From: Octopus bimaculoides
Lineage: Eukaryota
DNA length: 64,000 bases
Assembly (NCBI RefSeq): GCF_001194135.2
Contig: NC_069003.1
Coordinates: 33,383,853-33,447,852, forward strand
Direction of reading: 5' to 3'
The notes below the pieces were generated by a model. It was not told the origin of the DNA, did not search any database, and worked only from the letters and a program-made list of their open reading frames with translations. The position numbers and the translations under genes are program-made. Positions 15,324-27,050 of this stretch are shown piece by piece. Position 1 is the first letter of the stretch, and the number at the start of each line of letters is the position of its first letter.

Positions 15324-18300
15324 TTACCTGACAGTGAAGGTTCAGTTCAGTGTCAATCTCCTGAATGCAACTGCTCTCAAAATGGACATAGAATTGGGCA
15401 GCTGAGTAGATAAAGCTAACATAGACATTGAGTACAGATCTGGAATATATAAAAATAAAAAAAGAAACCAGGGTGTCATCATTGCTGGAGCATAGTAGTA
15501 CCCTGCTGGGCACTGGTAATGGGGCAATGTCATCTGTTTTATATTATTGACCGCCCCCTCCCCCCACATCCTTAGTACCACCATCATCATTGTCAGGCAG
15601 CCCTGAACCAGTTCAGCTTTGACCAGCAGACAACCATCAACATTATTTCGGGTGGTTACCAAGCCGACGAGCTGGCAGGAACATTAGCCCACCAGGTGAA
15701 ATGCTTAGCGGTATTTCGTCTGTCTTCACGTTCTGAGTTCAAATTCCACTGAGGTTGACTTTGCCTTTCATCCTTTTGGGGGGGGGGGGCGATAAATTAA
15801 GTACCAGTTGCATACTGGAGTTGATCTAATCAACTGTGCACCCCACCAAAAAAAAAAAATTTCAGGCCTTGTGCCTAGAGTAGAAAAGATTATCTCAGGT
15901 GGTTATCAATTTTATACAACAAAGAATTGGAGAGAGATTAGGCTGCCATTTTAGCAGCACACAGGCTCCTCCCCCATTGGTTCATTTGTTGTTTAGCCCA
16001 TATCAGCCCCTTATTGTGTGGATAAATCACTAAAAGGCAGTCCAGCTAAGGTCATGCTGTCATGGTCCCTGTTATACAAATTGACCAATGTGTCTTTTTT
16101 ATGTACATGGTGGGGAGTGGTTTGAAGGAGATCTGGGTGCTGGTGCCACATGAATGCACACCCATGCCAGTGTTGCATAAAAGCACCCAGTACACTCTGT
16201 AAAGTGGTTGGCATCCAGCCATAAAACCCCATGCCAAAGCAGACATGGGGCCTGAGCAGCTCCTGTCAAACTGTCCGACCCATACCAGAATGGAAAAACA
16301 GAAATTAAATAATGATGATGATGATGATGATGACTGGCCATTATAACTAGGAAGTCAAATTAATCAAGTAACGAGGTCTCATGTTGTCAGTAATTGTAGG
16401 TGAAGGTGATAGTGGTGGTGGAGTCATGGTGAAATAGCAGTCGTGTGGTAGTGGTTGTGGTACAATGATGACAATTAAGTGATAGAGGAGGAGGCTGAGG
16501 CAGAGGGAAGAGGAGGAGGAAGAATAAAGAGGCAGAAGAGGAAATGTAAACTTACCCGACTGGTAACAATTCAGCATTTTTTATTTCAACTTCCTTAACA
16601 AATGAAATCAAACAAAGAAAAGAGAGACAAGAAATTAATTGTACTTTTAATTAAGATATAAAAAACAACACAATTTTAATACCTAAGAAAGAGGACAAGA
16701 GGGCTTCCGTCAGCGAAATTGACCACAGTTAATATATGGAAAAGAAGAGAAGCAGAAATTCCATAGTGTACTCAATGTGATGTGAGGGAGGGGGGGTGCA
16801 CAAGAAGTGTCGGGGGGGGGTCACAATATGACCGACAGAATTATGAAAATGATTGCATTATAGAGGTAATGCTTCATTAAGTGAGGAATTAAAAATTAAT
16901 AGAAATTCTGAGTTGTGACATAATAATTAGCAGCAAAGTAAATCTAATAACTGGACTCTGCAATATACATTAATTATTCTTTCTCCCATTCACTGTGAAT
17001 AATGTGTGCATGTGTGTATTATGTGTGTGTGTGCGCACATGTGCAATTGGCGAATTGTCTGCACATAAGACTCTTCAGTGGGTGTGCCACAATACTAAAA
17101 ATAATTCAAAGCAATTTTTCATTAGGAGTGCCATTCAGGAAGTCTCACATACCCGTGTCTGAGCAAACATATCAAGATAGAAGATTTATAAAATAAAAGC
17201 CTGCCTACCTTGCCTGTAAATGACACCAAGGACTGTTTCACTGGATACACGATTTCCATCTGTGTAGCACAAGCTCTGTTAACAAACAATACATAATATC
17301 ATTCACATCACTCCATATAATATTATTGTTTATCTTATATAACAGCTGTATGTTATGCTTTAAACAACCCGTACTATGGACACAATTGAAATATTTAACC
17401 CTTTTACTGCAGAAATCAGATATATCCACTCAAATTTTCATTTCCCTTAACTGCAAAAAGCAGTGTTTATATCCCAATCTATCTTTTATTGAGGAATGTC
17501 ATATTGGAAACTACTTTTCTCGGAGTGGTTGGCGTTAGGAAGGGCATCCAGCTGTAGAAACTATGCCAAATCAGATTGGAGCCTAGTGCAGCCATCTGGT
17601 TCACCAGTCCTCAGTCAAATCGTCCAACCCATGCTAGCATGGAAAGCGGACGTTAAGGGGAAAAAAAAAAAAATCACACGAAAAACGAAGACAAATAAAG
17701 CGTACAAACAGCTCCAAGGAGAAGAAAACAAACAAAAACAACATCTTGAATGAAATCTGTTGTAGCCATGAAAATAACAACAGAAGTTTTGATGTGAATT
17801 CAAGTCAAATGTCTGCTGATATACATATCTATAAATTAGAAGAATGCCTAACAAATGAACAAAGAACAGGAAAGTCAATCACGCTTGCCTCTCCTAAATC
17901 CCAGGTATTTGGCCTAAATTTCTATCAAAGCTGGCATTGTTCTTATAACTACAGCATTCACAAACTGTGGTGTTATTGTGGGGCGCAAGAAAAGCTTTAT
18001 GTGTGTATCATGCTAGCATGGAAAGCGGACGTTAAACAATGATGATGATGATATATATATTTTTGTTGCTGCCTAAGCTAAACAGGATAGTTTCTTATTC
18101 TGATGACATCTCAATAGACAAAACAAACAGACATCATCAGCTTTCACTGAAGACTAGAAACGAAAGACACCACTTATATCACAGTGATACTTGTTTACAA
18201 CATGATGGGGAGGTAAAGAGACAATAACACACATAATGGGCATCAACAGGCTTCTTTCAGTTTCCATCTACCAAATCAACTCACAAGGCTTTGGTCATCC

Positions 18301-21300
18301 TAGGTCTTATAGTAGAAGGTTTACTGAGGCAATGTGACTTGCAGAACATACCACTGCTATTTTTTTGAAAGATATTTAACATCATTAGTGGAATAACCAC
18401 GAAATTTAATTGCAGGGTTAATAGCCAAGTGCAGAAGAAAACATTTACAAGTGAGAGGAAGTAATTACCTCGACTGATTAAAGTTAAAAATTAAGTCAAA
18501 GTTATTCATTAAATGGCTCGTTACTTACTGTTCTATCTTAAACATGTCGACCCAAGATCGCACCAGGTCTTGCAGGTTATCTGGAGCTGTCTCTCCGAAC
18601 TGTTTTTCATATGTCTCTCCCAGATTTTTCAACCACAGCCCATTCTGAACAACGATCTAGATTTGGTAAATTGGAAACAAACAAAGATCAATATTAATAT
18701 TAAAAATAAAACAAGTAGTGGAATGAAGTTTGTTTTGTAACCAAAACAAAACTTACTGTAAAATGTGTCTCAAATTACTTCAGCAATTTTAACCTAACCC
18801 TTTTCAACACCAACCAGCTTCAGATTGCTCCTGATTCAATGATTTAAAATCTATAAATTGCTATTTTGAACCAATGCTGCTTCCATTGTTAATAATGAAT
18901 TTCTGTTCAACCTGTTGCTAACATACGACATCAGTGACCTTTCAGTCATTGTTTAACTACATCAGCTGGCAGATGATGTTTGCTTGGCATGAAGTGGCAT
19001 AGATATTTGCTACTGATGAAGCTAATAAACAGAAATCTAGACCCAGTAATTTTACCACCAATGCTGGGGGGCAACCTTCACCTGCAGCTGATATCTTTCC
19101 GTTTTTAACACTATACATCTATAAGAGATATTTTCTCGAGATGAATACTACAGTTTAGAAGGCTTTCAACATATGTACACTTTAAGTTCGCCAATTTTTT
19201 AAAACTAATACTGCTTCTGTTGCTAATAATGAATTTCTATTCAGCTTTCCAGCTTAATGCTGTATCAACCAATTCCTACTTATGGTGCCAGTTCATACTT
19301 GCTACTGGTGAAGCTCAAAAAAAAGCTAAAATCTGGATTTAGCAATGCCACCACCACTACTTGACAATTTCAGCCTGTTGCTGGTATATTTTCTGAATTT
19401 TATACACTATAAATCTATAAGAGGTGCTTTCTCAAGATGAAGAATATAGTTGACAAGGCTTTCAACATTATACAGACTTTGGGTATGATATATACATCAC
19501 TAGTTTGAACTAATACCGTTTCCATTGCAAATAGCAAAAACCATAATAAAATCAAAGTTGCTTCTGTGTGGTCATCAGGCCTCTCGGTGCTCACCTGACC
19601 TGCTAGAAAAGCAACCAAATTTTCAAAATTACACCCTACTTTAATAAGGGAAGGACACATTTGATAACACAGTCCTAGGTTGGAAGGCACTTGAACACAG
19701 CTATTCAATCATGGCTGAATTGGTGCTAAACAACAACAGAAAAAGGGTTATGTTTTTTGATGATTGAGGGCTCACCTACCTGCTGGACCCTTTTCTTTAG
19801 TTCATGTTCATCAATTCCTACAGGATCATCCATTTTATCTGGAAATAATTTACAGTTACTAAGATACCATTCTAAAAATACATTTTCAGTGAAGAATCAA
19901 ATATACATTTTTTTTTTTAGTGATAATAATAATAATGGTTTCAAATTTTGCCACAAGGGCAGCAATTTTGGGGAGGGGATGAGTTGATTGCATCAACCCC
20001 CAGTGTTCAACTGGTACTTGTTCTATCGACGCCGAAAGGATGAAAGGTAAAGTCAACCTCAGCGGAATTTGATCTCAGAATTCAGCAAAAAGAAATCAAT
20101 AGAGTAAGAACCAGGCTTTAAAAAAAAAAAAAAAAAAAAAGTACTGGGGTCGATTCATTTGACTGGAATAAGTCCTCAATGCAGTGCCCCAGCACGGCCA
20201 CAGTCTATTGACTGAAACAAGTGAAGGGAAGGATAAAAGATGTAGGTGTTAGGTATGTATACATGCTATGGGTTGAGTTACCTCCAAATGTGGAGTGTTG
20301 AAGATTTGCTGAAATTACTTACACGGATCAAGACCAAGGCTGATACAAGCATTCTTTGCTGCAGAGTACTGTGCTTCTTGTTCACTGGGGAAGCGGGCTG
20401 AAAGAAGAGGGGTTCAGGTTTGTAATTAATTATATATATACACACACACACACACACACATATATATAGTTGAAAAAAGTAAATAAAGTTGGAAACGGTA
20501 CAGAAGTATATTTTAGAGAATGTTTAATAAAATATTACTGGTTTCGATTAATCTATCTTATCAAATATTAGAAATATTAGAAAGAATTTTGGGAGGAGTC
20601 AAAGAGAAAATATATTTTCTCAAACACAGCTGGCCAAACCATATATATATATATATATGAGGATAGCTGCGTGAAAAAGTGCCACACCCTAACAGTTGAG
20701 GGAACCCGTGGAAGAGGTAGGCCCAGGAAGACCTGGGCTGAGGTGGTGAGGCAAGACCTTCGTACATTGGGCCTCACCGAGGCGATGACTACTGACCGAG
20801 ACCTTTAGAAATGTGCTGTGCGTGAGAAGACCCGGCAAGCCAAGTAAGATCGTTGCCAGTGCCCCTAGACTGGCTCTTGTGCGGGTGGCACATGAGATGC
20901 ACCATTTTGAGCGTGGCCGTTGCCAGNNNNNNNNNNNNNNNNNNNNNNNNNNNNNNNNNNNNNNNNNNNNNNNNNNNNNNNNNNNNNNNNNNNNNNNNNN
21001 NNNNNNNNNNNNNNNNNNNNNNNNNNNNNNNNNNNNNNNNNNNNNNNNNNNNNNNNNNNNNNNNNNNNNNNNNNNNNNNNNNNNNNNNNNNNNNNNNNNN
21101 NNNNNNNNNNNNNNNNNNNNNNNNNNNNNNNNNNNNNNNNNNNNNNNNNNNNNNNNNNNNNNNNNNNNNNNNNNNNNNNNNNNNNNNNNNNNNNNNNNNN
21201 NNNNNNNNNNNNNNNNNNNNNNNNNNNNNNNNNNNNNTTTCGTGCGGGTGACACGTAAAAGCACCCACTACACTCTCTGAGTGGTTGGCGTTAGGAAGGG

Positions 21301-21670
21301 CATCCAGCTGTAGAAACTCTGCCAAATTAGATTGGAGCCTGGTGTTGCCATCCGGTTTCACCAGTCCTCAGTCAAATCGTCCAACCCATGCTAGCATGGA
21401 AAGCGGACGTTAAACGATGATGATGATGATGATGATGTATTTATATATTGTTGTTATTATGCAAAAGTGTTGTAAGTCCAAAATGTTACTTTTTCAGAAA
21501 ACGAAAAAACAGTTTCCTCATTCCATAGCAAAACCGTTGTACTACACTTTGACCAAGTTTTGATATCTTGACATCTGAAACAGCTGGAAATACAATAGTT
21601 TGACCAAAAGAACTGGTTATTGCAAGCAAATTTGGCCATACGACAGTTTAACATAATAGCAATGTGATAT

Positions 21671-21717
<47 letters not shown>

Positions 21718-24700
21718 AACAAAAAACAAGGGTGTTTTAAGGCAACAATTAACCATGTTGCCCTATCATCCACATCTCTAACTAATCCCCTTGTCCTCAT
21801 TACCTCCTCCATCATCTATAGCCGTGTCTTCCTTAGTCTTCTCTTTCTTCTATAGTATCATTCTTCCCATCTACTCACTTCCATCCTTCCTCAGCACGTG
21901 ACACGACCCCCTAATCCCATTTCTTTTCACAACATCCATCACAGTCTCAACTCCCATCATCCCCTGCAATTCAAGAACGGAGCATGCAAGCTGGTCATCC
22001 ACCTGATCAGCTAAGTATAGCAGCCAGATATGCCGCATATCACACACTAGCATTTTGATAATGGGTTCCTACACTATGTTTGAAAGACAGGATTGTCACA
22101 ACTGGTAAACATCTGATTATAAATGCCTAGCCTGGAACGAAACAGCAACTGCAACAACAACAGCAGCAGCAGCAGCAGCGGTCTGTTGAAGAGGTCTGAT
22201 GTGATGTGGAAAAGAGAAATGATAGTTTTAACAGTGAGCAATGAAAAGTTTTCACACGTAGGTACTGGGGTCATGCAATTGGCATCCATGATTGTGGCAT
22301 GTAAAAGCACCCATTACACTCTCAGAGTGACTGGCATTAGGAAGGGCATCCAGCTGTAGAAACCATGTAAATCAGACTGGAGTTTGGTGCAGCCCTTCAG
22401 CTTACCGGCTCTGGTCAAACTGTCCAACCCATGCTACCATGGCCGACAACATTAAATGAGGATTGATGAGGTTACAATCAATGTCCGAATCTTGTTGAGA
22501 AGGGAAAGAAAAATTAGGTTGACTAACCACTACTTTCATAAACCTCGTTTTTGATTTGTATAGAGGCGGTGAATCCATTTTCAACAGGTAATGACTGTAT
22601 TGCAAAAGATAAGGAATTCTTCGACACAAACTCTACAAGACATTCGGTGTACTGTTTGCCATCCAATACTGACGAGGAAACTGGAAATAAAAACAAAATA
22701 AACGTTAAAATAAACATTATAAATAAACATTATTTATCCTACATTATATCAGTACAACTTGATGCAACGTAAGCCCCTAAAAACAGTCAAAATCATGGTA
22801 CCTGCTACTGGGTCATATTTGACAGCTATAGTTCTTAGCTTTACACACACAATCACACGTGAAGAAGTACGACTTAATGACAGCCACACATGTCTGTGTG
22901 TGCGTATATATATATTGTGTATGTACATAGATTATTATTATGTGTATGCAAGCATGCGTGTACCTGTAATTACCTGTAAACTTACCTTTATTTGATCTTG
23001 GTGTATGCTCATGCCTTCCTTTCATAAAATCTGGTGCTGGCCAACACAAAACAAAATAAAACATTTAGATAAAGACTATAAATCGCATTTTAAATATTGT
23101 ACATTAAAATATCTCAGGAGGGTCGTTAGTGTATGCCCCCCTACCATCCATCTTCTCTGCCCACTATTCTCAGGAGAGTCATGGAGGTAGAATCCTCGGA
23201 CACCTTCTCCATAGGGCTCTGTCAGAAGCAACCATTATTAGACTTTCCTGCTGGATTCCCAAAGATGACCAACTGAGATTATGGATATCATCCAAGCATC
23301 TCGTTTTTGGTCTGTTAAGTTGCTGGCCAGTTGGCAAGAATCCACCTTGTGATTCTTTCCTGCAGCATTCTAATCTTATGTCTGGAGGATCAGAGCTGTG
23401 ACCCCCTCCAATGCAGAGAAGAAAGGGCTCGTCCTGGAGAGACTCCCTGGTCTGCAAGTTATGCACCCTGTCAAGTCATGCTACTCCAGAGATCCTTCAA
23501 CAAGGATTACTGTATATTCTATATTAAAATCATTTCATTAAAACATCCACCACTGCCAGGAACAATGTGGCCCGATGCCACCCCACCACCCAAAAGAAAC
23601 AAAGTAACCACTGTGTTCTTTTTATTTTTAAAATTGGTAAAGCGTTTCAAGGGAAACTTGGCTATTATTTCTAGCAGGTTGAAATGAGAACAAAGATACA
23701 CCCTCATCATAATGTATGTGTACATGTGTATGCATGCATACATGTGTGTGTGCCTGTATGTATGTATGTATATGTATGTACACAGTATGTTCAAATGACT
23801 ACTAACCTGGAGTATTGTTCTTCTGTTTCTGGAATCGAGGGGCCAGAGGAAATGTATTCATTGAGCCATAAGGTACCTGCTGATTAACAAAAGGAAACAA
23901 CACATTAGGATGGATGGAGATCATCATCATCATAATTTAACATCCGTTTTCCCATGCTGGCATGGGTTGTACGGTTTAACTGAGGTCTGGAGAGCCAGGG
24001 GGCTGCACCAGGCTCCAATCTGATCTAGCAATGTTTCTACAGCTGGATGCCCTTCCTAATGCCAACCACTCCAAGAGTGTAGTGGGTGCTTTTTACGAGC
24101 CACCAGCACGGGAGCCAGTCAGGGGGTACTGGCATCAGCCACATTCGAATGGTGCTTTTTACATGCCACCGGCACAGGAGCCAGTCAGGTGGACCTGGCA
24201 TATATATATATATATATATATACATATGTAGTGCCACGCACTGGGACTGAACACAGAACCATGTGGTTGGGAAGCAAGCTTCTTACCACACAGCCTTATA
24301 TGTGTATATGTATATATATATGTGATAATTAAATGATATATTATGCACTTCATTGTGTTTTGTTATGCACATGAAACCAGTCTGTAATGCAAAAAAAGGT
24401 TGGGTAGGAGGTGTGATGGTTTAAAACAGTGGTTCTCAACTGTGTCCATATGATCCTCTCTGGGGGTTCCCCATGAACAAAATAGTAAATTGGGTACCCA
24501 CAGTAATAATTTAAGGGCCCATGAAAAAAAATCTTGCTTTTAGATGTATTTGTTGCAAGAAACAGCTAAACTTTTTTTCTCTGATGTTTTCACATAGGTC
24601 AGCCTACACAAGTAGCACTTTTGAAAGAAGTTTCTATAAAACTAGTTTTTAAGCATCGAATGGCTATGAGGGGGCAGCCAGAATAAAATAGTAATCAAAG

Positions 24701-25742
24701 GGGTCCATAGATAGAAAATGATTAAGAACCAGTGGTTTAAAAAAAAAAAAAGAAGATTAACCCTTTAGCATTCAAACTGGCCATATCTGATCGAAATAGT
24801 TAACCCGTTTCATGTTGAAACTGGCCAGATCTGGCATCTCACCTCAACCCTACAATGTCATTCTAAAAACACACAATCACATCAAAACAACATAAATAAA
24901 CAAACATTACATTTGACGGAATAACTTGAATACTAAACATTTAAAACAAAACAAGAAAAAAACAAAAGTACCTCATTACTGGATATATCTTTGACTGCTT
25001 TCTCAAACACACGATTGCTCTTCGATACGGACATCATCACAGATTTTGTCTCATGCTTATTGCAATTTGCATTAATATCTCCCATCTCAACTGATCTTTT
25101 CACATCACCCCAGCAGTTTACCTGCTGTCCACGACCTGAACTGTCGACTGTCACTCGCACATTTGGGTATCGCTTTCGGTTATCTTCGTATCTATTGTAT
25201 CTGCAAGTGGAGTTCTGAAGATTTTCATTGGCAAAGAGAGGACGCCGCCGATTAGGCTAAAATAGACAGAAAAGGAAAAGAAAGGGAATAATAATAATAA
25301 TAATAATAATGATAACAATAATTTTTAAAATTATTTATGTCTTTATTGTCCCCAGGGGGCTAAACATAGAGGGGACAAACAAGGACAGACAAAGGCATTA
25401 AAATGATTACATCAACCCCAGTGCGTAACTGGTACTTATTTAATTGAACCCGAAAGGATGAAAGGCAAAGTTGACCTCGGCAGAATTTGAACTTAGAACA
25501 TAAATAATAATGATGATTATGATGATGATGGTGGTGATAGTTTCAAATTTTGGCACAAGGCCAGCAATTTCTGGGGAAGGGATAAGTTCATTACATCGAC
25601 CCCAGTACCTAACTGGTACTTATTTTTATTTTTCATTCCCTTTGAAATTACTCTCATTCGTGGTTTGGGCTTTAACTGCCCTTTCCAGCATGTAAGGTGT
25701 CCTGTTAAAGGTCACCTCTTTTGTGTATAAAAACGTACACTA

Positions 25743-25783
<41 letters not shown>

Positions 25784-25929
25784 TATATAGTGTGTGGGCT
25801 GAATGCTATCCAGGGCATTAGTTTTTCACCAATCACAAAACTATCCATTGAGATTCCATGAGGTTTATGTTTTAAATATTTTTCAAGACTAAATTCTCTT
25901 TCTACAACAATTCATTATCACTCTCTCTC

Positions 25930-25990
<61 letters not shown>

Positions 25991-27005
25991 TGTAAACAAT
26001 ATAGTCCATAAGAATACATACAACTGGTTTTGATTTTCGAGCTGATACGGACTTCTGTCTGTTGATGAGCTTCTGTAGGTGATATGTGGAATCGGTACAG
26101 ACTGCACGATAAATCTTTGTACCACGATAACTGGAAAACAGAAGATCACAGATCAGTGATAGGACATACACATATATATACACATGGGGACAGGGTGTAT
26201 AACAAAGAGATAGAAATGCCATAATATAGCAGACCTAGATGACAGATCTGCTGAGGAAATATGCTGGAAAATATGGTATGTATGTAAAAAATTACAAAAA
26301 AGGACAGGTAGGTCATAGCTAGAACATCTTTTATTGTCAGAGTTCTTTGATCAGGGCTGACCAGGGGGATATGGCAAAAAACCAACAACAAACATTGAAA
26401 ACAATGAGTTCATGAAACTTACTTTGCTAAGTAGACAGTATCTGGAATGTTGGCCATAAGTTCGTCGAGGCTCTTATAGCCATACTGTGCATATTGTATG
26501 TTTTCTTTTGTCAAACTTCTGTAGTGGTCTAAATAGTGAAAAAACAAAGGTAAAACATTGACAAAAATGTAATGAAAAATCATGAAGCAAAATGGAGGTT
26601 CAGTTTTGTGTGTGTGTGTGTGTGTGTGTGTGTTAGTGAATGGATGGATTCTTTCTTTTTTTTTGTTTCAGTCATTTGACTGCAGCCATGCTGGAGCACC
26701 GCGTCTGTGAGCTTAGTACTTATTCTATCGGTCTCTGTCTCTTTTGCCGAGCTGCTAAGTTACAGAGATGTAAACACACCAACATCAGCTGTCTAAGCAA
26801 TGGTGGGGGAACAAACACAGGCACACAAACATATACATATATACGACGGGCTTCTTTCAGTTTCTGTCTACCAAATCCACTGACAAGGCTTTGGTCGGCC
26901 CGAAGCTATAGTAGAAGACACCTGCCCAAGGTGCTACGCAGTGGAACTGAACCTAGAACCATGTGGTTGGTAAGCAAACTACTTACCACACAGCCACTCC
27001 TACAC

Positions 27006-27050
<45 letters not shown>

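Noticed and set aside
22802-22825. Possible 24-nt TDRD7 micro-exon (AVKYDPVA)
   Set aside because: Phase-compatible but has a poor polypyrimidine tract and is not needed for frame; unsupported
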